This document shows positions 39,201 to 52,108 of a stretch of 64,000 nt of DNA, one piece after another. The first letter of the stretch is position 1, and each line of letters begins with the position of its first letter. A program made the position numbers and the translations under genes. The stretch is taken from assembly GCF_001949145.1 (NCBI RefSeq), contig NW_019091360.1:1857599-1921598 (forward strand), written 5' to 3'. Below the pieces are notes generated by a model. That model worked only from the letters and a program-made list of their open reading frames with translations. It made no database searches and was not told where the DNA came from. The DNA is from Acanthaster planci. Taxonomy: Eukaryota.

Positions 39201-40739
39201 GGCGGGTTGAATCTACAATTAAAGACAGCCCAGGTTTGAGCCTCCCCCCCATAAAAAAGCTTTAGAAAAACACCAAATTAAACAAAAATAAATAAATAAT
39301 CAGGAAAAAACGCAACCGTGTTAATTGGTCGACACACGCATCAAATTAAAGCTTCTTTCCTCTTTTTTTTCATTTTCTGTTAATTTTCGGTGGTTTAGCT
39401 AAATGATCACCCCAAAAAAACAGTCTGGAAGCCCATGGCCATTTTTAAAATAATGACACTTACATTCCACTGCAAATAGATCCGTTTTATCCAAATTTAA
39501 CGCTCACGTATCAACATGCAGTCCTCTCGGTGCCTGTCACCCTTTCTTATGTCAACCCTCCGGTCCACGGGCCACAAAATGATCGGATTATGACAGCTTA
39601 GAAATCGTGATTCGGTCCGCCTTAACTTTTTTTCGGGCCTGTTTACTCGCCTTTTGAGGAGATGTACATACGGCACTGTGCCCGGGAAGCCTGCATAATG
39701 ATGTTGTTTTTTGGCTTGATCTTTCGAAAAGTCAAAGAGGCAGACCACTGTTTAAAATTCTGAATGCAATCCCCAAAAGAAGCCCTTTACAGCCCCTTAG
39801 ACAAACCTAATTATTCATGGTAGGCATGTGGTGCACAGAACCTTTCATCACGCGTATATAACAATTATAGGTCTGCTGCCGACCCACTGGTTTTGTTTTC
39901 AACTCTGCCATATCGCCTTTTTTTGCAAGTTTTGTACATGAAGTCCTCGGCACATCGCGATAGCCTTTATCAGCGTCAAGCATTGTAACGCTACCCCCCC
40001 CCCCCACAATCTCCACAGTAACCAAGTTGTACACTACCTATACACATCATTTTCCTCGGGTGAATCATACGACAGCGCGTGCTGTGCATGACTTATTCCT
40101 GCAGCCTAAATAACAAGTCCCGATATAAAATCGGACTCATGGTCCGTTTAATAAAGGGGGCGTCGCAGGCAGCTCATACCGACATATGGTTTAAGTTTTA
40201 GGCGCTATTTTTACCGCGCCTCGCAATCCTTCTGATAGGTCATGAAAATTTGTGCCAACAACCGCGGTAAACCCGCCCCCTGTCTGCGAACGTCACTTTT
40301 CCAGATTACGCTGGCGTCCTCTGCAAAAGAAGAGTAATATCTTTGACATCGCAAGTTTGATTTCGATGCCATGGGACTCAACTTGGTCCTTTTTTCGCGC
40401 GGGGGGGGCTTCTTCCAATAAGTTAGTCATTGTATGACTGTGTAATGTCCCCCTAATACAGTAACAACATTCAGCATCGCCTCGCCCATCTTTCTCTGCA
40501 TTCTTTTCACCTTTTCCCCATAATTTTTGCTTCAAGAAAAAACCAGTAACTCCCATTTCCACGAGCTCGTGAAACATGGAAAGAATCAAGTGACTGATTT
40601 TGTCAGTACAAAGACGGTTTCCTTTGTTTTGACGCTTAAGCCGTTTTCAACAATTGTCGAATAAGTACCTCTCTTGTTTTCCTTTGTGCTGTGCATGCAA
40701 GCTCAGACTGTGCTTACTAACTCTTGCTCGGTGTCACGA

Positions 40740-41519
40740 NNNNNNNNNNNNNNNNNNNNNNNNNNNNNNNNNNNNNNNNNNNNNNNNNNNNNNNNNNNNN
40801 NNNNNNNNNNNNNNNNNNNNNNNNNNNNNNNNNNNNNNNNNNNNNNNNNNNNNNNNNNNNNNNNNNNNNNNNNNNNNNNNNNNNNNNNNNNNNNNNNNNN
40901 NNNNNNNNNNNNNNNNNNNNNNNNNNNNNNNNNNNNNNNNNNNNNNNNNNNNNNNNNNNNNNNNNNNNNNNNNNNNNNNNNNNNNNNNNNNNNNNNNNNN
41001 NNNNNNNNNNNNNNNNNNNNNNNNNNNNNNNNNNNNNNNNNNNNNNNNNNNNNNNNNNNNNNNNNNNNNNNNNNNNNNNNNNNNNNNNNNNNNNNNNNNN
41101 NNNNNNNNNNNNNNNNNNNNNNNNNNNNNNNNNNNNNNNNNNNNNNNNNNNNNNNNNNNNNNNNNNNNNNNNNNNNNNNNNNNNNNNNNNNNNNNNNNNN
41201 NNNNNNNNNNNNNNNNNNNNNNNNNNNNNNNNNNNNNNNNNNNNNNNNNNNNNNNNNNNNNNNNNNNNNNNNNNNNNNNNNNNNNNNNNNNNNNNNNNNN
41301 NNNNNNNNNNNNNNNNNNNNNNNNNNNNNNNNNNNNNNNNNNNNNNNNNNNNNNNNNNNNNNNNNNNNNNNNNNNNNNNNNNNNNNNNNNNNNNNNNNNN
41401 NNNNNNNNNNNNNNNNNNNNNNNNNNNNNNNNNNNNNNNNNNNNNNNNNNNNNNNNNNNNNNNNNNNNNNNNNNNNNNNNNNNNNNNNNNNNNNNNNNNN
41501 NNNNNNNNNNNNNNNNNNN
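40740..41519. other. Assembly gap (780 N)
   Basis: Run of N; a further single N is at 1475. Confidence 1.
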
Positions 41520-44500
41520 TGGTTTGGTACCACGCCAGCCTCTCGGTGGTGTTCCGTCCTCCCTCCTGTCGCTTCGGTCATCTCCAGTCAAGACTGTCTC
41601 CTTCCTGGGGGAGGGGATGCTTCCTCCTCGATCTTGTTTTTATCTTTTTTCTCTCCCACTTTCTGCGGCTTAGCTGGTCGTTTGGCACCACCTAGAAAAC
41701 ACACCCATTGTGTGGTTCACCGATTTGTATTGCGGGCGAAGTGTCTATCATGACAGCCCGCCGGCCAGTCATAACACTCATGTCCTTAAATCGGGACATG
41801 AGTGGGATCGTACGCTGCCAATCACTCTCACGTTTTCCGAGCTGGGAGAAAAGAACCACAAACATTCGGTGAAATCAAGCCAAATTTGTTTCTGAAGAGA
41901 TACTGAAGTAACGTAATTGGGAAAGACAATCGGGCAGATTGAAATAGGTAAACTATTTGCACAATGTTTCTCAAACGGATTGTTGTTACAAAGGCAGGAT
42001 ATTTTTTGGACAGTGTGTCCCTGCGCTGTTTTCACCACCCTCTTTAACAAAAATACATGTATTTGTAATGAATTGATCTGTAAATACATGGACTGTACTG
42101 TCCCAGCAGTGAAGCACTGGACCTTAATTTAAAATCCCAGTACCGAAGTGGTGTTTCCGAAATTTTTTTCAGTGAGCAGGATCTTTTTTTTTTCAAACTG
42201 TACCTAACATCCATCAATAAAAAAAGAGAGTTGTTCGAGGGCATTAACTTGATAGACATCATCACTCAATTTATCTCTGGGAGGTGCTTATTGTTGTAAT
42301 TATTTCTACCAATTACGAGATTTGGTCAACTGCTTTCAGCGACAGAAGCTGATGCAGCAGGCGTCGACTTCTAGCTTAGGCCGAGGTTTGCGCTGTGATG
42401 GTGGCGGCGTGGGTGATTGTGCAGCGACACTGGCCAGCAGGCCGGACCGTAACAGGGCCGGGCAGGGAAGGTTACGTTATCGATTCGGAGCCGGAGACCC
42501 GCTGCACTTTTTTTATTCCACTCCGATGCGGCAACTCCCAAGGTTGAGCGCTTTATAGCGGCACAGTCACCGTGATAATACTCCTCGCGCATGAATAAGA
42601 GAGACACAGAGAGGGAGAAACGAACGGCTGAGGGGCTCAGCAAGCAGCCGCCCCACTCAGCCGCAGCAACCCCCCCCCCATCTTTAGGGTCAATGGCCAG
42701 CAGAAAGCTCGTCGCAGGAAAAGACCTTGAGATGAGCCCAACCTGCCGGAGACATACTTGCATAATTTACATAATTCCCCACTTTTTTGTGTGTGATTTC
42801 GTGAGCGGTGACAAAGGCCGTCCGTGTAGGCTCTCGTTCGTGAAATCGGGCCCCTCCGCTCGGCAAAAGCCCATGGGCCAAAGTGCCGGTAATGGGCGCG
42901 GCACTAATACGGTCCTTGTGAATTGTGGATTTTTTTTTTTTTTGGGTTGCCGTTGTTCCGTCTCTGTCTCCTGCCACCTCTCTGAAGGCATTGTGGGAAA
43001 AAAATCTATGACTTTTTTTCTTGCTTATTCGTGTACATACTTGCGTGGATCTGCGGGTCTTGCGTGGGGATTATAAATATGTACGCATATCGCCATTTGC
43101 ATAGATGTGGGGCCTTCGGTGGGCCGTGCTGAGTGAGTGACGGGCCGTAATGGAGCACAAAAGCCGGGGCATTATTGATCCCCGCACAATGAATCACAAA
43201 CCAGCGTAACACAGCCTTGAAGGAGGGAGGAGGGCTGAGCAGAAATTAAGGGCCCAATCCTCACACTTTATGAACTCTTCGTCTTCGGGGGAGGTTGTGT
43301 TGAATCCGAGGCGCGGCGTGCGAAGGCGCCCCGTACGTTTTCAGGCGGTGTCAGCTTACATTCGAGCGAGTGGTCAGGCCTGTACCACGCGTAACTTGCT
43401 CCACACATGACCGGGATAGCAGCAGGTATACTTTGTCTCTTTTTCCTCGTGTTGGGTGTTGTTCAAACCTTTAACGTGCTGGGGTGATGGGAGAAAAATA
43501 ATTTAAGAAGAAGTTTTCCCGGTTCAGACTTGCTTTGTTGTACTTGTTCTTTGTTTTGTTCCGGAGTCTGTGAATTTTGGCCACTCCACATCGTCATTGT
43601 AAAAATTCCACTTTTAAAGTTTTTGAAGCCGTGTGGATTCTTCCGTGGAACGGTCTGTGTTAACGTTCATTAAAGTGTCCACAACGTAACGCAGTCTCCA
43701 CAAGTGGCCCATATCATGGGACTTTTTCGATCAACTTTGTTATTTTAGGTCTTCGTACCTTATAAAGAGCACCGGTCGGTTTGCCGATTTTAGAGCCGTG
43801 TTTCAAATTCTGGTGTTCGTCGGAGGTTTCACTAAGGCACGGACCAAGAAAGTAAATGTCAGCTTTCGGCTTGCCTCGTTGTGTGCAAATAACGTTGACG
43901 ATGTAGACCTACATGTACATGTATTCCATTTTTTTGCTTTAGCTTTATTTTCTGAATTTTTTCAAGATCTGAGTTAAGTTGTCTTGTTGTGTCATGCATC
44001 TGTAGCTTACTTCTTGAGTATGCGATGTTGGGAAATTACTTGGCAAAAAAAGAAGGAAAAAAACAGAAGAGAGTAATGTGATCAGACCCTGAAATGATTT
44101 GCTAATCTGTATGCTCTGGAATAAGGAAATGAGGAATTCGATATTCAACGCTGAGTATTGTAATCTTTCATTGAAATGATAAAGGGGAAATAGAGAAGTC
44201 CCCATATGCTGCCGTGTGTCTTTATTTCAGCCGTTTGATGCACACGGCAGTGAACTGGCGGGGCTATATCACCGCAGTAGCTGGACAGTGCAATTAGGGG
44301 CAAATTACTTCTCGGCCTGTCGCGAGAAAGAGGTTGACAGGAATGAGGAACGTTTTGAAATGAATCCCTCAGCGGTGGGTTATCGTCATTAGAGTGTGCC
44401 TCTCTGGTCAAAGACCTCGCGTGTATGCTTCTTGGATTTCTCCTATCCCATCTGAGTCTAGCGGTCCTCGTCTCTATCTCCGTCTCTGTCTGTCTCTCTG

Positions 44501-47500
44501 CGTTTCTGTCTCTATCACTGGCGATGTGACTTCGCTTCGGGCGTACCTTTCCGGCGCACGCACAGCGCTGCCAGTCGCACCCGTTGGTGTATTGCCACCG
44601 CGACACCCCCCTGCACATTATACGCAGGGATGTTGCCAAGCTGACCGACAGAGCGAACCACGGCAGCGTGGCTGTGTATTAGTAGCTATGTTTCCGTCTT
44701 ACGCCGACAATGCCGCACCGCTCTCTTGTATAGATACAATTTTTTATTCGAATCATGCCTTGGGGGATTTTGTTGGCGAATGTCTCCTCGAGTAGAAAAA
44801 AAAAACAGCAAAATGCTACCGGTATACCCTGACAAAAGAGAGAGTTGTGGTTTTCCTTTAATATCCAGGTTTTTTTTTTCTTTTTTTACTGTTTGTGTGC
44901 AAAATTGCCGTCTTTTCTTCGGTTGGAGCCTTTTTGGGGACTCGTGCCTTTTTGATCAAGCAGAGGGGTTTTTCTCCTGCCACAGCCCGGGCGATTACTC
45001 CGATAAATCCGGCGGGAGAGTGCCAGGAGACACAGCGAGCGTGCGACGGGGCAATCGGTTTGTATTACCCAAGAATCGCTTCGGGCGTTGCGCCGTCGAG
45101 TCGACCGCGTACATTTGGCCAAATCGGGAAATTTTGAAGTGTAAGGAACATAGAAAAAGCGGTCCTTGATTTAGGAAGGACAAGGGGGTCGAGGCACAGC
45201 CCCGGGCCCGTTCTGATCTTGAAGAGGGTGAAAAGTCGTCAACATATCCCACAAATTAGTATACCTACATCTTGGAGCGGTGTGATTTTTTTAAGTACTT
45301 TTGCTGCTCGACCAATGAGGTAAAAAAAAATATTTGCTGTTGTATCCATGTATCGTAAAACATAAATAATCATGGATGTGTTAACGTGGATCAGCATAAT
45401 GCTCAGCGTCAGAACACACAAGAATTTTTGCCATCGAATTTAGTCTAATTTGCACATAAAGCATGTTTTGTCATACACGACAATGTTACAGCCGTGAAGC
45501 CATTTGGTGAATGTCTGCCTGAGTTATTATTGATAGTTTTTTCTTTTCAGAAATTGATGCTGACGAATTTATATTTAAAAACTATGGGTAAAAACTGACA
45601 GACGTAATGACGTAGCCTGAAGAATAAAGTACGATAGCTTCAAACCGATTTGAAGATGATGATTTAAAAAGTCAATAATGCTCTACGGGGCTCTCTTTAC
45701 AACTTGGTGTTGCAAAAATAGAGGAAGTTAGATTTATTACTCAATAACGCATTTTTGCTTCATAGTTTCATTTTCTTTCGAATGTGTGAAATGTTGTATA
45801 AAAAGGATCGCTCCTAAAACAAACTTGTTTTCCTTATATGCATGTTTTCTGTCTTTGAAGTGACCTCAAGTTGTTAAATGGAAGTTGGCCCGTCGCAAGA
45901 CATTTGACTGTCATTTATTTATTTCTGTATGGAACTGTATTATTCTCGACTATGCTGTGATTGGGTGCATAATGGAGGCTTCATGATGCCCGGCCATCGC
46001 TCAGACGCATTTGCAAAGCTCCTGTCACAAAGCCTGATAAACAAAGCTCGGCTGAGACAGCTAATCTGGGGGGTAAAACCCAATACTTTTCCGGCAAATC
46101 CTGCCGTGTAAACCAAGACGAGTTGGGCTGAGAGAACCATCATCCTAGCTCCGAGCGATAGACCCCAGAACGAGCCTGGACCGTGTGCATGGTTTGGTCG
46201 CCGAAGCACTTGGGGTCTGTAAACTCCCCTCTTGCCGCCGGAGTCTCTTCTCCGGTCTCCCCCTTTCCAATTCTAGCGAGAATTACAGATCCGGAGATAC
46301 GATTAGTCCCTTAAACCCGAGTTTTCTTAGGCCAGCGGGGATAGCTGCTTGCGTTCTCTGACGTTTGATTCTTTGGCTCGGTCGGAAAACAAAACGGTGA
46401 CCGCCAGAGCGACAAACGCTGGGGAGACTATACAACGCGCGCAGGGCCACGCTCGGGTTTTCAAGATTTCAGGGACTGACATATCCGAGGTGCGTCCTGG
46501 GATCACTGAGCGGGGGAAGAGTAGGTCTAGCGTGTCAATCAAAGATTTATCACGCAGATCATCTGCGCCACCTTGCGTGACCCTGCTCGGCCCATGCCTG
46601 GTCTCGCCTGCCGAGAGGTCACGAGATTCCACGGTTATCCCGTCGCCGGTATCTCCGTATCCCCCTTCGATACCATCTCGATGATTATCGCGCAGGGTGC
46701 GTAATGTAATTAGCTGGGTTTAAGTAATGGCCGTCAATAACGTCCGCGCTTGGGGCGATCGCGCGACATTTTGGCGCGTAAAACAAGCCCCCGAAATAAA
46801 GAAGACATCTAGAAGGGCCCGTTGAATTATTAACGAGAGCTTTACCGTTGAAAGAACTCTCAGAGACCAAGTTGATTTTCACAGAGACAGTGATTTTGAT
46901 GAGCAAGAAAAAAAAAAGCACCTGCAAATTGTGGGTCTCCCGCTAAATGACTCGCGGCAGCATGTTAGAATGACAGCTGAGGATTTTTAAGAAGAAAATT
47001 ACTAATTTTTTATGGTTGCATAGCCAAAATTGGATTCACTTTTGTAACCGAATTTGTTTCCTCTTCAGTGCACTTCTGCTTTATTTTTTTGATGTTGTTG
47101 TTTTTCATTTTTTTCTTGTTTCTTTATTATTTATAAACCAACACAGTTGTGTTGGAGGCCGGTTGAAAAGTCAATATGTTAATTAACCTTGAAAGGTCTA
47201 CGGACACGAATATGCCTACTTGTTTAATGGCAGCAGATGGTCCATGCAGGGGAAAACGAGGTTCAATTTTTTTTCTCTCTTCAAAAAAGAAAAATTAATG
47301 TTTCTTGCATCTGCAGTTTAGGATATGCTTTGATTATTAGCACTAAAAAAAAAACCTGATCACCGCGTCAACTTTCATTACTTGTCTTCCGAATACATGT
47401 GATACCTGCAATTAGTGGTCATTACCCTCGCCGCTTTGCCAACAAACCAAGCCCAAAATTGCTTTCCTGTCAGTAAAGAAAAAAGACCCCACACCCAATA

Positions 47501-50500
47501 ACAATATCGGTACACGGTGCCACCCCAAGTTATGAGGCACGCTCAGGGCATTGCCGCGCGCCAGGCCCTTTCACCCTGGGCTCCGAACGACGCGGGTCGG
47601 GGCCCAGCGGCAAGCGACTCGAAACCCTGACAATGCAAATGACTCCGATCGGAAGTAACCCTCGCACGGTCTGTTGAACCTACGCCCGCATCACCAGAAC
47701 ACCCCCCCAATCGAGATTCACATGCAGCCAAATGCTCACATTCAAGATCGTGTTTTGCGCCTATCTTTTGTTTTACAGAATTATAGGTCTTTCAAATATT
47801 TTCATTCTTCGTGAAAGCACCGTTGAAACTATTATGTCGTCGTTTTCTCAATGTTTCGCATTTTCTTGTTCTTGTGTAGGGAAACTGTTTGGAAATTGGA
47901 AGTTACCTGACTTATTCTTTTGTCCGAATGTGCTTAAAGGTGCAAACACTTAATCGTACATATTGTTTCATAGCACCTAGTAAATTAAATTTTGAGTCCA
48001 TATTAAAACCAAAATCATTAAGCTGAAGTCTGCAAAGAAAATTCCCGTCAAAAGCTTCATTCATAAAGGGAATTGAATGCATGCGTAGGGGTTCTTGGCT
48101 TCGAAAACTGTTCATTGGTTTCAAAATTATGTAGCGGTTCTTTCGTGCCTGATGCTGCGTTATTGGTCTTGTTTGAATAGCCGATGTGTATCGTGGTGGC
48201 TGTGAACGTACACCTTTATACAGCGAGCGATCATGCATGTTGTCAATGTCCCCGCGCAGGCGCAGTCCTTGAAAGTATAGAGTCGGGGGTCGAAGGTCTG
48301 ACTCCAGCATGTTTTGCATGAATGATGGGGACAGTACTCAACAAGAGAACGTTTGGATTAATGCGACGGTTTCCCCTCTACCTTACTCTAGCCGAAGCAA
48401 AGAACACCCTAGTTGTCTGACAGGCACTTGTGCGTAAAAGAAGATATAGGCCTATTGAAATTATGATTTTGAAATGTGGGGATTTTACAGAAATGTGTAG
48501 ACACCAAGCGGTTTTTGTATCGAGACACACAACCGATCTAAGATGTTAAGTTATTATTGGTGTTGTTATATTCAAATTATTGGTACAATTCTGGATTGTG
48601 TCTTGGTTTTGTTGTTGTTGTTTGTTTGTTTGTTTTTCATGGTTAATTTAAGAATTTGTACAAATTGTAAAAAAGGGATGTTTTATACCAAAAAGATGTC
48701 CATGTGAACTTGCGAAGGAAAAAAATGAATTCATCAATTTGTCTGAGTCTAGCTTACCATTTCTTGCTTCACTTTATTATGGTTTCCAGAGTAGAAATAG
48801 TTGAATCGATGGTAAAACAAAAGGTTTCTATCAGCAGACAGTTATGGTATATAGGTCTTTTTTCAAGACGCTTTATCATGCCGCTTTGTCTCGGTCGATA
48901 ACCTGTCGCGGTTCATGCCTAGCTGTCTTGGCAGTTTTCTCCTCGAAAGTCATTAAAGGCTCAAGAGCGCGTCTAGTAATCGACGTAATTAAGTCAAAGA
49001 CAATTTTTATTACCGCCAAGCCGCTTCACTCCCGTCCTCAAACGAGCATAATTCAAAGGAGATTGTGTTGGCGGCAAAGACCTCAAAAGAAGTTGGAGAC
49101 AGTTAGTTGGGGGGGATAGACAAAAATTATGAAAACAGAATCACTGCTCCCAACTTTGGAGACGGCCGCACCGCTCTCTCGCCTCTCTACTCCCGCTAAG
49201 CTCTTGTGACCGGAGCGGAGGCGCTGCCGAAAGTTATCCGGGCCTCCTCCTCTTGCCCAATCAAGTGCCACACATCAAGTAGGAAAGGCAAACGCGGAGG
49301 CGCTGGAGAGAAGTGGGGGAGCGAAAAACTGCCGAAAAGAACAAGACTCGATCAGCGCGGCAGGGCCCGGGCCATAGCAATAATAGTGATAAGTGCACTC
49401 ACTTTCAAGTGCCGACCGCAAACCCGTTCGAGCAAGAAAACCAGCCGTGCTTTCCCCCTTCAAGAGCCGCGATGCGTCCGGCCCGAAGGATGACTCGGGC
49501 CCGATGAATTATGTAAAACCAACTAGGCAAGTATTTTTACAGTATAATTTTTCACACGGCGGGTTAACAAAAATGTATTACGGGAAGAGAGAAAAAGAAA
49601 AGGAAAAAGAGGGAAGGGGGGTTGTAAAAAATGGCCAAGAAAACATTCTTGGATGTTTGGACGACCGCTTGGCTCATGAAGTTATACGGGATCCGTGGAG
49701 TGTCTCTCCGGCGTCATGCGGGTAAACAAAGAGATGGGCAATCACCCCTATACTCGGTGATGAGATGTAATTAACCAATTCACCATGCTACTACAAAAGC
49801 TTCGAACACTCTGTTTAAAGCCGAGTACAATTTCTGTGCGCTGTCTGTTCAGCGACTAGCGGCGTGCCGGAGCGCTGCCGCTGGAGATCTGATTACTTTC
49901 CCGTGTGGCCGACCGAAGTGTCTTTGAAGTCGATTCGGCAGCGCGTTGGCCGCTCTGGTCAAGATCAGGTATTATTTCCTTGGCGCACAAGAACACAAAC
50001 ATAAACCCTCCAAATTCCGCTCGCCTTGCAGACGACAAAACTCGTGTGATAACGATGAACTTTAAGAGGGATTTTTTGCCCTTGATTTTCAAACCGTTAG
50101 TTCCATCAACTATCAGAAGAAAATAAAACAGAAAGTATCAGTTCAACTCCAATTGGAAAATAAATTAACACAACTGAAGTGTTCAAAAAATGATCCTCAC
50201 CATTACAGACTTTCATGACAGAAAAAATTAATTGCGCCATTTGGTGGGCTAAAAAGCAGATGCGTTCCGCAAACGTTTCTGTTAACGAAGATTTTAACTT
50301 CCTTTTTGTGTTGAAGTTAAGACATCGCAAGTGCCACAACAGAAATAACATTGCTTCTGAAGCCTCTAAATTGTTGTAAATAAAAACACGCACGTTAAAG
50401 TCTGTGGCAACCACATCCCAAATGGCGCCACACACACGGGACTGCGATAGAAATGCCGCATAGAAACTGCAGCAGTACCAGCGAAAACCACTCGTGTGTC

Positions 50501-51169
50501 GTCGTTGGCGGCGCTGTTTAAGGCCAAGCCATTCTGCCACCGTGGTCATTGGCCTCTGCTGATTCCGAGTGACCCCCATGGTGGACAGTAATCCGGTCTT
50601 GGCTAACCAAGCGTTATGGCCAGACCAGACGGCCTCTTCAACACGCCACGCCCCACCTGGCCAGCCAGTCAAAATACCAAGTCTGATAATGCCAAAAGAC
50701 TTGGTTTTTGTTTGACAATGGGTCACGGGGACAGTATGAAGCATCGGGCAACCCCAGCTCATGAGGACGGCAGAAAGCGCACACACCGTCTCCGTGACCT
50801 GACCGAATGGACGTGATCGACTCCCCTTAGATCGATAAGTCTGTGTCTTTGTATCAGCTAGATTCGGAGAATCTCACACCAACTGACCTCCTCGTCAAAA
50901 ATGGCTCTAATTGTCCTTCAGACTGGAAAACGTGTGATCACTCAAAACATACATCTTTGTTTTCCCGACTGATTCCACCGTCTGGTGGGTCACTTTTGTG
51001 ACTTTTTTCTTTACTTATTACCAAACTGATTGCAGTGTTATGTTTAAGTATTTATTTGAATTTAAATTACAATAAAAAAAACTAAAACTGTATTGCTACA
51101 TGCAGCGTGTACCCTTGTTCAATTGGCTTAAAGACAATGAATTATTTTCAAAGCTTTAACCATCAGTAA

Positions 51170-51700
51170 TGACGTCAGGCTGGCCTCGCCCAATGAGGAT
51201 GCGCAGATGCTACTCCCGTGCGCCTGCACATGCAGCCGGCGGCAGCGTGCATATTTTAAGAGGCGAAAAGATGGATAGTCTTACGCGCTGGGCCCTACGA
51301 GATATTGATTAATGTTAGATAGCCGGTAATCACCGCATTCGCTTTCCCTGCTGCTGGCTGCCAGTCACTGCTCGGGCCGGCTCGCTCGCTGTGATTTTCG
51401 GGCCACGAAAACGAGCGGGGAAAAGGAGACAGAAGAGTGGAGGGGAGAGGAAAAAAGAGAGAGTTCGGACAGGGATGCGGCCGAGGCGTGGCAAGCGGAC
51501 GCAGGCTTACCTTCCCCCGGCTGCCGTCTGGAGGTGACTTCGTCATCACTCTGCCTTTATGACCGGGGGCTCGCATAGCCGAGCGGGTGAGAGAGATGAT
51601 GACTGACTGACTGAGCCCAGCCACCCGTCTCTGCCGTGGACAGCTCCGCACGCTGATGAATGCTCGTGGTTCCCCGTTGTAGGTTTATTGTGCCATGATG
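51170..51700 (+). promoter_or_regulatory. Putative proximal promoter / alternative non-coding first exon of Sp6-9
   Basis: Perfect CRE TGACGTCA (51170-51177), CCAAT (51190-51194), an NRF1-like TGCGCCTGCACA and AT-rich ATATTTTAAG (51251-51260). These are followed by GC/GA-rich UTR-like sequence with weak donor candidates near 51679-51688, ~430 bp before the exon 2 acceptor. Confidence 0.45.
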
Positions 51701-52108
51701 AGAGATATTTTTAGACGCGCTGCCTCTTGCTACGTGAGAAGTCGCGGCGCATGCGAAGTCAGGGCCTCCGCCGTTAGGGCTCCACGGCTAGATTGGGGTT
51801 AACCCGGACATAATTGTGGTTAACCTGGTTTCGTGATAATTTCTATCTTCAGTCATACCGAGGTGTGGTATTCTGTTTCCTGGACACTCAGACGAAATAG
51901 GCATTAAAGGGCTATTTGGTTTTCATTTTTTACAACCCTTGGAATGATCACTTCAGTGCACACAGACTGTAAAGTCATTTGTTACTTCAGCGCCCTGTAA
52001 AGGATGCCCAAGCTCTGTACTTATACTACGGTATAATTGACTGGTTTTCTTTAAATAAGAATGAACATCTCATAAACTTTTAATGGTATTTTTATTCTCT
52101 ATTTATAG

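Larger units (their letters stand above)
3552..52108 (+). other. Intron 1 of Sp6-9 (48,557 bp as assembled, including the 780-N gap)
   Basis: GTAAGT donor at 3552; pyrimidine-rich acceptor TTTTTATTCTCTATTTATAG ending at 52108; phase 0 on both sides. Confidence 0.78.

Noticed and set aside
40654..41753. Long ORFs of 285-359 aa
   Set aside because: Artefacts of reading through the N gap.
50106..50786. 226-aa minus-strand ORF
   Set aside because: No recognisable domain, random-like composition, antisense within the intron.
8763..51840. Recurrent GTGATAA/TTATCAC word (about 12 copies)
   Set aside because: Count is about what base composition predicts for a 7-mer on both strands.
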